From NCBI GenBank assembly GCA_002747515.1, contig PDPP01000018.1, forward strand, positions 21,751 to 85,750: 64,000 nt of DNA, in the 5' to 3' direction. The position numbers and the translations under genes were made by a program. Position 1 is the stretch's first letter. Every line of letters starts with the position of its first letter. The stretch comes from Candidatus Moraniibacteriota bacterium. Its GTDB lineage: Bacteria > Patescibacteriota > Minisyncoccia > Moranbacterales > GCA-2747515. The notes beneath the pieces are model-generated. The model had not been told where the DNA came from and ran no database searches. It was given only the letters and a program-made list of their open reading frames with translations. Shown here in pieces: positions 1 through 10,380 of the stretch.

Positions 1-815
1 GATGCAATATCTTTCATTTTTTCTTCATCACTTACCCAGCCCTTTAAAGTAATTGTACTTCCAGCAATCTTTTGTAAATATGCAAATTCTTCTCCTTCTC
101 CAATCACTATAAGTGGTAATTGCAGTTTATTACACACTTCCACTGCAAGTGATACATTTTTATATCGAGATAATCGAGAAACAATTACAAAATGATCTTT
201 TTTTTCTTTTTTTATTTTATTTATTTCAACTGATGGATATAAAACATGAGCATCTCGCCGATAATATTTTTTAATACGTTTTTGTGTATATTGTGAATTT
301 GCAATAAGCACATCTGGACGCTGTGCTGCTTGATGATCCCAAAGGCGCAAATAGGAAAGTAAATATCGTGTACAAAATCTATTTTTTATATTAGTGTTCT
401 TTTTTAAATAATGTTCATTTTCATCCCAAACATATCGCATCGGTGAATGCACATAAGCAATATGTTTTGTATCTAAACGTGTTACAATTCCTTTGCTCCA
501 CGCACCAGAACTTGAGATAATTATATCAAAATCCCTCAAATCAAAACTCTCAATTGCCGTACCAAAAAATGGCAATAGATAACGGTATTTTTTCCGAAAA
601 AATTTTGGCCATTTTTGCAAAAAACTCGTTCGAATGTCCCGATCAGAAAGAAAATTCCCTATCTTCTCCTTATCATGCAAAAGAGTGTATACTGGCGCAT
701 CTGGAAAAACTCGCGTCAAATCATAAAGTACCTTCTCTGCTCCGCCAATATACAATAAAAAATCATGCACAATTGCTACTTTTTTCTTTTTTTTCTTTAT
801 TTGACTTTTTTCCAT
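1..815 (-). CDS. Glycosyltransferase family 4 (GT4), 5' partial at window edge (N-terminus inside window, C-terminus cut off)
   Basis: Manual reverse translation from ATG at 813-815 gives MEKSQIKKKKKKVAIVHDFLLYIGGAEKVLYDL..., with the GT4 N-terminal GGAEKV motif. No stops to window edge. The ORF track missed it because it runs off the edge; the plus ORF 554..937 is its antisense shadow. Confidence 0.7.
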   Translation of the reverse strand, partial: MEKSQIKKKKKKVAIVHDFLLYIGGAEKVLYDLTRVFPDAPVYTLLHDKEKIGNFLSDRDIRTSFLQKWPKFFRKKYRYLLPFFGTAIESFDLRDFDIIISSSGAWSKGIVTRLDTKHIAYVHSPMRYVWDENEHYLKKNTNIKNRFCTRYLLSYLRLWDHQAAQRPDVLIANSQYTQKRIKKYYRRDAHVLYPSVEINKIKKEKKDHFVIVSRLSRYKNVSLAVEVCNKLQLPLIVIGEGEEFAYLQKIAGSTITLKGWVSDEEKMKDIA

Positions 816-1209
816 TTTTATGTTATTATTTTCATAAATTCATTGTACACAAATCATATGGTATTTTACCATATGATTTAATAATTTCCATAATGCAAAG
901 GAGAGAAAAATGGAAGGCAATTCAAAAAAAACACTAACCACATTTGGCAAGCTGTTTTTTTGCAGCATAGCTGCGATAATTGTTTCATCTGCTTTTTTTG
1001 TATGGGCCTACATGGTACATACGGAATATAAGAAGATGCAAGAAGGGCCTATTTATCGTATCACTGATAATTGTAATGACCAAAAAAAAGGTTTTACTAA
1101 TTATTACATTGCAGACGATAAACGTCTGCTTCCTTGTAAATAGTAGTACAGCCGCAGAAAAATATCATTTTCTGCGGCTTTTTCTTTTTTTCTGTCACAA
1201 AATCATACC

Positions 1210-2313
1210 CTACCTACGCATCATCAATTTTACTACAAGTCGTGCACACCGTTCCCATGTAAATCGTTCAATATTTTTAAACCCGCGTGCAATAATGTTT
1301 TGTCGTACCTGCACATTAACAATTAAATCATTAATTTTTTGTGCAATATCAGATACATTCATTGGATCAACAAGAAAAGCGCTATCTTTAGCAACTTCCT
1401 TAAGAGAAGAATTATTTGATGTAACCACTGGCACACCAAGTTGTTGTGCTTCAAGTACCGGTAAACCAAATCCTTCATAAAGCGAAGGAAATACAAATAC
1501 TGCTGCATGCCTCAAAAGTGACCATTTCTCTTCCTCTCCCACAAAACCTGTTACAACAATATCTTTTGCAAATGCATGGTTTTCAATTTCTTTAGAAATA
1601 CGCTCCCATCCATACCCACCTTTCCCGACAAGTACAAGTTTATGTCCGAGTGCAAAATGTTTTTTCAGAATCTCAAATGATTTAAGAATATTAGAAATAT
1701 TTTTTCGTTCTTCTATCCGACCAATAAATACAATATATCCTTGTTTCTCAATTTGATATTTTGCCATTGTCTCAGAAGTGATTCTCTTATTTTCTTGCAT
1801 TGCAGGATTTACACCTTCATACACTACGCGAATTTTATCCTTTGGCACATCATACAATCTCATCAAATCTTTTTTTGTATTATTTGAAACGCACACAATA
1901 TTACGTGACCACTTACATGAGTTTTGAATCCCTCTGCGCATTGATGAAATTTCATAATTAGAATACGCCTCTGGATGAATCTCAAACTCCAATCCATGAA
2001 TCACAACTGTTGTGCTCTTTGGATGAATTGGCGGTACAATATGACCTGGCACAAGAAGCTTTTTTGGTTGTCGAAATAAAAGTGACCATGAAAAACGTAC
2101 ATAAGTCCATAACCGTGGCGACCATAACTCTTTTACTTGCCAGTTTTTTGGTAATTCAAAATCAATATTCTCTTTTGTTCCATAACGTAAAAAAAGTATC
2201 ACATGATCTTTTTCAAGTGGACTACGTAAATGTTTAATTAATTGATAGGAGTATTCTTCTATCCCTGTTCTTTCATGGAGAAATGCACGTGATGCATCAA
2301 TTGCAATTTTCAT
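1210..2313 (-). CDS. Glycosyltransferase family 4 (group 1 glycosyltransferase)
   Basis: 367-aa ORF with the EX7E-type C-terminal GT4 signature (EGFGLPVLEAQQLGVPVVTS). Tandem with the preceding GT4. Confidence 0.8.
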   Translation of the reverse strand: MKIAIDASRAFLHERTGIEEYSYQLIKHLRSPLEKDHVILFLRYGTKENIDFELPKNWQVKELWSPRLWTYVRFSWSLLFRQPKKLLVPGHIVPPIHPKSTTVVIHGLEFEIHPEAYSNYEISSMRRGIQNSCKWSRNIVCVSNNTKKDLMRLYDVPKDKIRVVYEGVNPAMQENKRITSETMAKYQIEKQGYIVFIGRIEERKNISNILKSFEILKKHFALGHKLVLVGKGGYGWERISKEIENHAFAKDIVVTGFVGEEEKWSLLRHAAVFVFPSLYEGFGLPVLEAQQLGVPVVTSNNSSLKEVAKDSAFLVDPMNVSDIAQKINDLIVNVQVRQNIIARGFKNIERFTWERCARLVVKLMMRR

Positions 2314-2336
2314 GTATTTATTTTTCTAAAATAGAT

Positions 2337-3353
2337 TTACTTTTTTGTTGCAAGAATTGTTTTTTTGTAAATATCCAAATTATCAAGAACCTTCCCTGTT
2401 CCTCGCACCACACACCGTAGTGGATCATCTGCTACATAACATGGCACACCAATTGTTTTTGTAATTAGTTGATCGAGATTTCGAAGAAGTGCTCCTCCAC
2501 CAGAAAGTACCGTACCCTTATCCATGATGTCTGCAGAAAGTTCTGGTGGTGTTTCTTGTAAAACCTTTTTCACTGCATTAATCACTTCTCGAAGCTCGTC
2601 TTGTAATGCTTCTGTCACTTCATTTGACGAAATCGTAATCGTTTTTGGCAATCCACCCATAAGGTCACGTCCACGAATGTCCATATTTTCCTCTTTTACT
2701 TGTACAATTGCACTGCCGATAGTCTTTTTAATATCCTCCGCCATCTGTTCTCCAATTGCTAGTGAATATTTTCTCTTGATATAATCCGCAATTGCCTGAT
2801 CAAATTTATTTCCGCCTACACGTGCACTCGTCGATGCTACTACACCACCAAGTGATATTACAGCAATCTCACTTGTACCACCACCAATATTAATAATCAT
2901 ATTTCCTTGTGCAGAATGAATCTTAATCCCAGCACCGATCATTGCAAGTATTGGCTCTTTAACAACATATGCTCGTTTTGCACCAGCTTTTTCTGCTGCA
3001 TCTACCACAGCACGACGCTCCGTTGATGTGATGCCGGCAGGAATCGAAATCATCACTTCTGGACGCACGAGAAAAAATCGTCCTGTTACTTTTTTGATAA
3101 AATATTTAAGCATTGCCTCCGTCACACGATAATCTGCAATCACACCATCCCGAAGTGGTCGATATGCTGTAATTGTATCAGGCGTTCGCCCAAGCATTTC
3201 TTTTGCTTCATTTCCCACAGCCAGTACTTTATTTTCAATCATCGACACAGCAACTACTGATGGTTCATCTACTACCACGCCTTTTTTTGGAACAAACACT
3301 AGAGTATTTGCGGTTCCAAGGTCTATTCCAATTTTTCGCACAATCATTGCCAT
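2337..3353 (-). CDS. mreB: Rod shape-determining protein MreB (actin-like ATPase)
   Basis: IGIDLGTANTLVF phosphate-1 motif and MreB-like length (338 aa). Confidence 0.9.
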   Translation of the reverse strand: MAMIVRKIGIDLGTANTLVFVPKKGVVVDEPSVVAVSMIENKVLAVGNEAKEMLGRTPDTITAYRPLRDGVIADYRVTEAMLKYFIKKVTGRFFLVRPEVMISIPAGITSTERRAVVDAAEKAGAKRAYVVKEPILAMIGAGIKIHSAQGNMIINIGGGTSEIAVISLGGVVASTSARVGGNKFDQAIADYIKRKYSLAIGEQMAEDIKKTIGSAIVQVKEENMDIRGRDLMGGLPKTITISSNEVTEALQDELREVINAVKKVLQETPPELSADIMDKGTVLSGGGALLRNLDQLITKTIGVPCYVADDPLRCVVRGTGKVLDNLDIYKKTILATKK

Positions 3354-3370
3354 TTAGGGTTTTGCAAAAA

Positions 3371-3694
3371 TTACTTAAATTCTGATACTCTATAATGTCC
3401 ATTATTCAACTTTTTTTTCTTTCTGTCCATAATTTTTTGATATTTTTGCCAAAATGCTGTATCTACTTCATCTACAGAAACACCCATACTAATAAAATTT
3501 CCCAGAACCAAATTTAAAAGATCAATATTTTCTTCGATAATATTTTTACGATCTTTTCCTTTTGTAATTGCCTGTGATAATTCACCCAACTCTTCAATCA
3601 TCAAATTTAACCGAAACATCATATCTTCATTATTTGTGCCTTTCATCTGATTTTTATTATGAAATTCTTGAATTGCCTGATAATATTTTTCCAT
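3371..3694 (-). CDS. MazG-like nucleotide pyrophosphohydrolase (small all-alpha NTP-PPase)
   Basis: 107 aa with the EELGEL motif typical of MazG/dimeric NTP pyrophosphatases. Confidence 0.55.
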   Translation of the reverse strand: MEKYYQAIQEFHNKNQMKGTNNEDMMFRLNLMIEELGELSQAITKGKDRKNIIEENIDLLNLVLGNFISMGVSVDEVDTAFWQKYQKIMDRKKKKLNNGHYRVSEFK

Positions 3695-3702
3695 AAAAAA
3701 AG

Positions 3703-4146
3703 TTATAATTTTATAAAATTCCCTGCACGATAAAAGTCCACTGGACCTTGTGTCGTTTGTGTAATTTTCTCTGGCAATGCATTAATTGGAAACCATTCAA
3801 CAGCATCACATTTATCCGGCTCCATATTTTTGATATAACCACCGACAATTTTTGCAATCACATTAAATGCCACCCAGTGCTGTCCCTCCTCCTCTAAAAT
3901 ATGATCAACATGTGGTAAATATCCGATAATTTCAATATCAATATTTAATTCTTCTTTTATTTCTCGCACAGTAGCATCTATAATTTTTTCACCATATTCA
4001 ACTGTACCTCCAGGCTTTGACCAATAACCAACTTCATTACGAGCTTTTCCTGATCGTCGTGTTAATAAAACTTCATTTTTTTCATTTACAATCAAAGCAC
4101 CACATCCTACACCAATATAATCTTTTCCTACTTGTTTGACACTCAT
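3703..4146 (-). CDS. NUDIX hydrolase
   Basis: Nudix box GGTVEYGEKIIDATVREIKEELNI (GX5EX7REUXEEXGU). Confidence 0.8.
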   Translation of the reverse strand: MSVKQVGKDYIGVGCGALIVNEKNEVLLTRRSGKARNEVGYWSKPGGTVEYGEKIIDATVREIKEELNIDIEIIGYLPHVDHILEEEGQHWVAFNVIAKIVGGYIKNMEPDKCDAVEWFPINALPEKITQTTQGPVDFYRAGNFIKL

Positions 4147-4152
4147 ATTATT

Positions 4153-5457
4153 TTATTCTTTAACAAGTTCTATATCAGCTCCAATACTTCTGAGTCTATT
4201 TTCTAAATTTTCATATCCACGATTAATTGAATATACATCACGCAAAATTGATTCACCTTTTGCACCAAGCATACCCACAAGCATAATTGCTGCTGGCCTA
4301 AGTGCTGGCGGTGATGTAAGATCAGCGTTTTTTAACTGTGATGGACCTGTTACCTCAATACGATGTGAATCAATCAACGCAACATTTCCACCAAGTCGAT
4401 TTAACTCTGTAAAATACACCGCACGATTTTCAAAAACCCAATCGTGAATTAATGTTGTTCCTTTTGCCATCATAGCAATTGGCACAAAAAATGGTAAATT
4501 ATCCATATTTAATCCTGGAAATGGCAGTGCATGGATTTTATCTTCTAATGCCATAAGTTTTGATGGTATCATTTTGATATCTACTAATCGTGTTTTTTTG
4601 TTTTGTGATTTATATGAACGCAGAATTTCATATTTTTGTCCCATCTTCTCAAGTTTAAGAAGCTCTAATTCCAAAAAATCAATCGGACATCTTTTTATTA
4701 TTAATTCACTTTTTGTTGTAATTGCAAGAGAGACAAAAAACATCGCCTCAATTGGATCTTCGCTAATCGTATGTTCAATATTTTTTTTGAGTTTTTTCTT
4801 TCCATACACTTCTAGTGTTGTTGTACCAATACCTTTAATTTTTACACCAAGACCTTCAAGATAAAAACAAAGATCCTGAACCATATAATTTGCTGTAGCC
4901 ATCTTTATCGTTGTTTTACCAGGAATCTGCGCTGCTGCCATAATTGCTGTTTCTGTAACAGTATCCCCAGACTCATAAAGCACGTTATTTTTTACAGGTT
5001 GTAAATTATCAATCTCAATTTCAAAACCATCTTTTTTTGGTGTAATATCGATCCCATATTTTTCCAATGCAAAAAGATGTGGTTTGATTGTACGCGCACC
5101 CAATTTACACCCACCTGCCTGTGGGATAAAATACTTTTTATGTCTTCCTGCAAGTGCACTAATAAGCATAATTGCACTCCGTGTTTTTTTTGCTGCTTTT
5201 TTATTAATTTTTTCAAGAGTGAATTTCTTTGGTGCAATTAATATCAACGTGTCTTCCTCTCTCGTAATATCCATACCAATACTCTCCAGCACTTCGATCC
5301 ATCGATTTACTTCTTCAATCTGTGGAACATTTTTCACAATAGTTTTTCCTTGATTCATCACAGATGCCGCAAGAACAGCTACTGTTGCATTTTTTGACCC
5401 ATTAACCACAATTGATCCAGTAAGTTTTTTACCACCACGTATCTTAAAATATTCCAT
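4153..5457 (-). CDS. murA: UDP-N-acetylglucosamine 1-carboxyvinyltransferase MurA
   Basis: 434 aa, N-terminal KIRGGKKLTGSIVVNGSKNA typical of MurA/EPSP-synthase fold. Confidence 0.85.
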   Translation of the reverse strand: MEYFKIRGGKKLTGSIVVNGSKNATVAVLAASVMNQGKTIVKNVPQIEEVNRWIEVLESIGMDITREEDTLILIAPKKFTLEKINKKAAKKTRSAIMLISALAGRHKKYFIPQAGGCKLGARTIKPHLFALEKYGIDITPKKDGFEIEIDNLQPVKNNVLYESGDTVTETAIMAAAQIPGKTTIKMATANYMVQDLCFYLEGLGVKIKGIGTTTLEVYGKKKLKKNIEHTISEDPIEAMFFVSLAITTKSELIIKRCPIDFLELELLKLEKMGQKYEILRSYKSQNKKTRLVDIKMIPSKLMALEDKIHALPFPGLNMDNLPFFVPIAMMAKGTTLIHDWVFENRAVYFTELNRLGGNVALIDSHRIEVTGPSQLKNADLTSPPALRPAAIMLVGMLGAKGESILRDVYSINRGYENLENRLRSIGADIELVKE

Positions 5458-6384
5458 AAATTATATGATATTTAACCTCCATTAGCCTTTGTTAGTATAT
5501 GGTAAAAAACCATTTTTTTCAAGAAAAAACATTTTTTTATAAACATGCTATATGTATATTTATGTATGCTATCAAAATTAAAAGCCATGTTCATAAAAGT
5601 TTTTATGCTCATGGCTTAGAAAAATTTTTACGCCGAAAAATATACTTTGCATTTTTTATCGACGATTAGATACGAAGATCTTCGCATCTCATATGAAATC
5701 ATCAGATTTTTCTGATTAATTTTCTTTTTTTATATACAATTGTCAAAAGAACGAGAACTTACACATTTGAAAGAACTTAGATACAAGTGTAAATAAAAAA
5801 ACACTTTATAAAAAAATTCACCAAACGTGTAAGTCCTATAAAAACAAAAAATCGATTTGAGTCCTAAAACTCACCCGATTTTGTCTGTAGTCAACAATTC
5901 AACTACATTATAAGTATAGCACAAAAAAATGAAAAAGTCAATTTTTTCAAAAATAAAAAAATGAAATTACAAAAAACCGTACTAATCACTTTTATAATTG
6001 ATGAGTTTTTTTACTTTATATATCCCTAAGTGTACAATCTCCAGATTTCTGATGACAACTATAGCCCCACAAAACAAATCTCCTTAAATATCATATGCAC
6101 ATATTTGTTTATTCATAATCTTTTTAAATATGTGTTTAAATCATTAAAACTTTCAAAATATGTATTTGCAATTTTTTCTTTTCCCTATTTCCATATATGT
6201 TCTTGTGAGTTTTTGTCTTGTGTATATAGTGAAAAATTGATAAAATGAATATATTTAAAATCTTTTCCTTTATGTAATAATTCTCGTAATACTTTTGATT
6301 TGTGTCATTTGTTTTATATTATCCGCTATAATCAACTGGACAAAACACAAAAAAATGTTATTCTTATTTCTGTTGATACATATT

Positions 6385-6468
6385 GCTGGAGTGGCGGAAT
6401 TGGTAGACGCGCTAGGTTTAGGCCCTAGTGGGAGTAATCCTGTGGAGGTTCAAGTCCTCTCTCCAGCA
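6385..6468 (+). tRNA. tRNA-Leu (anticodon UAG), class II tRNA with long variable arm; CCA not encoded
   Basis: GCTGGAGTGGCGGAATTGGTAGACGCGCTAGGTTTAGGCCCTAG...GGTTCAAGTCC...CTCCAGCA. Acceptor stem GCTGGAG/CTCCAGC. Anticodon loop TTTAGGC with TAG at positions 34-36. Near-identical D-arm to E. coli tRNA-Leu. Confidence 0.85.
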
Positions 6469-6603
6469 CAATTTCAAAAAACCACCCTATTATTCTACCA
6501 AAATGAAGATCATCAACATTACTATGGTAAGGCTTCTATTCTGCGGATAAAGCCTGTTTTTGAAGTGAAAGTATAATCAGGTATGGAGATAGCGAACAAG
6601 TTC

Positions 6604-7644
6604 TTAGAAATCCCAATTACCTTTCATGCTACTTGACTGTGTATAATTTACTACAGTTGATTCAAAGAAATTACCCTTATCACTATTTGTATCTTGTAAT
6701 CTTTCTAGATGTTTATATGGATTTTCTACCACACCTTCGTAAATTGGCGCCATGCCAAGAAGCTCAAGTCGCTGATTTGCTAACCACTGCGTATATGTCA
6801 CAGTAGTACCAGCATTCATTCCTGGAATTTTATTACCTAGAATATGCTTACCCCATTCAATTTCCTGATTCACCGCTTCCTTAACCATCTCAATAATCAC
6901 CTTTTCATCATAAATATCTGGAAATTCTTCTCGCACTTCTTTGATAATGTGTGCGAACATCGTCACATGTGTTAATTCATCACGGCGAATATATGAAATC
7001 ATTCGCCCAGTTGCAAGCATCTTTGTCTGATCCACAAGTGTATCAAAAAATGCAAATCCATTATAAAAATAGATTGATTCCAAAATATAATTTGCCACAA
7101 TGCCACGAAAGAAATTTTTATCTGACGGATCATCAATAAAATCTTGATAAAATGCTCCAATATATTTATTGCGTTCTAAAAGAATCTTATCATCACGCCA
7201 AAAATAATAAATCTCATCACGTTCTTTACTATCCACAACCGTTTCAAGAATTGTTGCATATGATTGTGAGTGAATTGCTTCTTGATATGCTTGAATTGAT
7301 AAAATAAGATTAACCTCTGGTGATGTAATGTATTCAGAAAAATTTGGTAAATTTACTGTTTGCACAGAATCAAGAAAAATCAAAAAAGATAATATGCCTT
7401 TGTATGCACGTTGTTCTTCTTTCGTAAGTTGTGTAGAAAACATCCGTGCATCATCTTTAAGTCCAGATACTTTTTCTGGCACCCAAAAATTTCCAATCAT
7501 CACTTGATACAACGATGTTGCCCATTGATATTTTGTCGCATTCAATTGAAAAAGCCCTGTTGTTGCTCCCTTAATAATTTTACGCTTTGCAACATCATCA
7601 TTGCCTTTTGGATTAAAAATCACATTTTTTTGCATTTTTGACAT
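6604..7644 (-). CDS. nrdB: Ribonucleotide reductase class I beta subunit (R2, NrdB)
   Basis: 346 aa ferritin-like diiron protein with R2 motifs. Immediately downstream of nrdA. Confidence 0.85.
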   Translation of the reverse strand: MSKMQKNVIFNPKGNDDVAKRKIIKGATTGLFQLNATKYQWATSLYQVMIGNFWVPEKVSGLKDDARMFSTQLTKEEQRAYKGILSFLIFLDSVQTVNLPNFSEYITSPEVNLILSIQAYQEAIHSQSYATILETVVDSKERDEIYYFWRDDKILLERNKYIGAFYQDFIDDPSDKNFFRGIVANYILESIYFYNGFAFFDTLVDQTKMLATGRMISYIRRDELTHVTMFAHIIKEVREEFPDIYDEKVIIEMVKEAVNQEIEWGKHILGNKIPGMNAGTTVTYTQWLANQRLELLGMAPIYEGVVENPYKHLERLQDTNSDKGNFFESTVVNYTQSSSMKGNWDF

Positions 7645-7670
7645 ATATTTTTATAAAATAATTTATAACA

Positions 7671-10292
7671 TCACCCACTACAACTAACACAAACATTTTT
7701 GCTTTGTTGCACTTCCCCGGAGAGACTGCGTACATAATACACTGTTTTTATCTTTTTCTCCCACGCACTCATATAATATCCATACAGTTGCTGTGGACTG
7801 ACACGTGCTGGATCAATCATCCATTCGAAACTAATTGATTGATCAACCCATTTATAGATAACACTCATCATCGCAATCACATCATTCATATCCATTGAAA
7901 CATATTCTTTGTAAAACCAATAATTTTCCTTATTTAATCCTGGTGCAACACGCACTGTCGGAGCAGAAAGATTTGTCTCCACAAAATACCGCTTATATAT
8001 TGGCAAAAGTGCCGCAGTAGTTCCCACAACGCCAGCAGTTGATGTGTTTGGTGCAGGTGCTGTATGATACCCAAATCGCACACCTGTTTTTTTTATATCA
8101 GCAAACAATTTTTTCCATGCGTCTCCACGATGAGAGTTTTTTGTAAACCATGCTTGTTTGCGACCAAGTAAAATACCTTTACTGTATTCGCTTCCTTCCC
8201 ACAGTTGATATGGTTCCCTTTCTATCGCCAAATCAGCAGATGCGCGATAAGTATGATATGTATACATCTCAAAAAGTCGATCCACTTCATTTCTTGCAGC
8301 CTCTGATTCATATGCAATTTTGCGTGTTGCGAGATATTCTGCTAGCCCTAGATATCCCAATCCCACGCTCCTATAACGCATTGCTGTACGTTCTGCTTCT
8401 TTAATCGGATAATAATTAAGTGTAATCACATTGTCCAAAATACGCATCACTGTCGGTATAACTTTTGCAATCACATCTTCTTCCCACACCTTTGCCACAT
8501 TAATTGACGCAAGATTACACACCACGACATCACCTGCATCATACGTAATCGTAATTTTTCCATCTTCTAATTTTTCTTCTACAAATGTTGTGGGTGATGT
8601 GTTTTGACAAATTTCTGTACATAATTGCGTACTATACACATTTCCAACATGTTTGTTTGGATTAAGTGCATTAACTGTATCACGAAAAAAAACATACGGC
8701 ATACCTGTTTCAACAGCTGTTCTCATAAACTTCTTGAACAAATCACGTGCTGATATTACACGTTTCAATCTCAAATCATCATCCTTTTCCAATTTTTCAT
8801 AAAAAGCATCAAATTCTTCACCAAAAAAATTTTGTAATTTTTTTCCATACTTCTCATTAATTTCATGCGGATCAAAAATAGACCACTCACCATTTTCTTG
8901 TACACGTCGCATAAAAATATCTGGCACAGAAATCGCTGGAAAAACATCAAACGCCTTTGCACGAATGTCTCCAGTTTCTGTCTGCAAATCCAAAAAATCA
9001 TAAATATCATAATGCCACACATCAAGCGTCACAGAAATTGCACCAAGACGAGATCCAAGCTGATTAACCGCAACAGCTGTATCATTCACAATTTTAATCC
9101 AGGGATTTACACCACCTGATGCTCCATGCACGCCACGAATTGATCCTCCACGTGCACGAATATTTCCCCAATACACACCAACACCACCACCAAATTTCGA
9201 TATTTGTGCCATGTTTTCAAAGCTATGATAAATCGCACGTAAATCATCATCTACATTCATTTTAAAACAACTAGACAGCTGATTATAATTTGTACGTGCA
9301 TTAAGCAATGTCGGCGTTGGTAATGATATCCGTTGTTCACTGCAATGTTTATAAATTTCACATGCAAATTTCAAACGATTTTCATCAGTTTCTGGAATCG
9401 CAAGAAAAAGTGCAACAGACATATACATTTCCTGTGGCAACTCACGCACAATACCATTTGGATTGAGCAAATATCGTTTTTCCAATGAAAGCACTGTTGT
9501 GTATTCATATGATTTATCTGTTGTCTCAGAAAGTAATTTTCCGGCTTTGAGAATATCATCTTCAGAATAATATTTATAAAAATCTTTATAATACAGACCT
9601 TCTTTGATATATGTATCAAAAAGATTTTTATATGCTTGTGGCGTATATAGTTCATCCATTTTCATCTCACGATTACGTGTTGCTTGTTTGTACAAATTAC
9701 TTACAAACACACGTGCTGCCACATGTTGCCAGTATGTATTTTCTACACTCACAAGATCAACACATGTTTTCACAATCAACTTGTTGATATCAGATGTCTT
9801 CACATCTTCAACAATATTTTTTTTGAATACATTAAGAAATTCTTTAAATTTACACTGACGTTTATAGCCTATGGTTGCACGATCTAAAACTTTTTGAATT
9901 TTACGAATATCAAAATTTTCACGCTTTCCATCATCTTTAATCACTTTCAGCGTTTTTTGTTCAAATTGTTCTTTTAAATCTTCTTCTTTTTTTGCACGTT
10001 CTTCATTGTGTTCTGCTCTATAAAGTATATATGCTTTTACTACTTCATATTTGTTTGCCCATACAAGATGACGTTCTACAACATCTTGCACATCTTCCAC
10101 TGTTACTATTTCATTACACTCATCATCATATACATGCTCTAACTCTTGAATAATATCATCCGTAAGAGTTACAATAAAATCTTTTTCGCGCTCTTTCACC
10201 TCATCACACGCTCTTTTGATTGCAATTTCAATTCTTTTTCGATCAAAATCGACAATATCATTATTTCTTTTTTTGATTTTTTTTAATGTCAT
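7671..10292 (-). CDS. nrdA: Ribonucleoside-diphosphate reductase class I alpha subunit (NrdA) with N-terminal ATP-cone
   Basis: 873 aa. ATP-cone-like N-terminus (KRNNDIVDFDRKRIEIAIKRA), catalytic core, C-terminal CxxC tail (CVSCSG). Confidence 0.85.
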   Translation of the reverse strand: MTLKKIKKRNNDIVDFDRKRIEIAIKRACDEVKEREKDFIVTLTDDIIQELEHVYDDECNEIVTVEDVQDVVERHLVWANKYEVVKAYILYRAEHNEERAKKEEDLKEQFEQKTLKVIKDDGKRENFDIRKIQKVLDRATIGYKRQCKFKEFLNVFKKNIVEDVKTSDINKLIVKTCVDLVSVENTYWQHVAARVFVSNLYKQATRNREMKMDELYTPQAYKNLFDTYIKEGLYYKDFYKYYSEDDILKAGKLLSETTDKSYEYTTVLSLEKRYLLNPNGIVRELPQEMYMSVALFLAIPETDENRLKFACEIYKHCSEQRISLPTPTLLNARTNYNQLSSCFKMNVDDDLRAIYHSFENMAQISKFGGGVGVYWGNIRARGGSIRGVHGASGGVNPWIKIVNDTAVAVNQLGSRLGAISVTLDVWHYDIYDFLDLQTETGDIRAKAFDVFPAISVPDIFMRRVQENGEWSIFDPHEINEKYGKKLQNFFGEEFDAFYEKLEKDDDLRLKRVISARDLFKKFMRTAVETGMPYVFFRDTVNALNPNKHVGNVYSTQLCTEICQNTSPTTFVEEKLEDGKITITYDAGDVVVCNLASINVAKVWEEDVIAKVIPTVMRILDNVITLNYYPIKEAERTAMRYRSVGLGYLGLAEYLATRKIAYESEAARNEVDRLFEMYTYHTYRASADLAIEREPYQLWEGSEYSKGILLGRKQAWFTKNSHRGDAWKKLFADIKKTGVRFGYHTAPAPNTSTAGVVGTTAALLPIYKRYFVETNLSAPTVRVAPGLNKENYWFYKEYVSMDMNDVIAMMSVIYKWVDQSISFEWMIDPARVSPQQLYGYYMSAWEKKIKTVYYVRSLSGEVQQSKNVCVSCSG

Positions 10293-10380
10293 AATTTTAT
10301 ATATTTAGTTAGTTCAAAAGAAGAGACAACTGTGATAATTTCTCAACAGATGTCCCCTATTTATACACTAAAAAATAAAA

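Noticed and set aside
554-937. 127-aa plus-strand ORF
   Set aside because: Lies antisense to the well-supported GT4 glycosyltransferase (1..815, minus) and has low-complexity, stop-poor AT-rich composition; shadow ORF.
6295-6576. 93-aa plus-strand ORF
   Set aside because: Overlaps the tRNA-Leu gene (6385..6468). The translated segment AGVAELVDALGLGPSGSNPVEVQVLS is just the tRNA read as protein.
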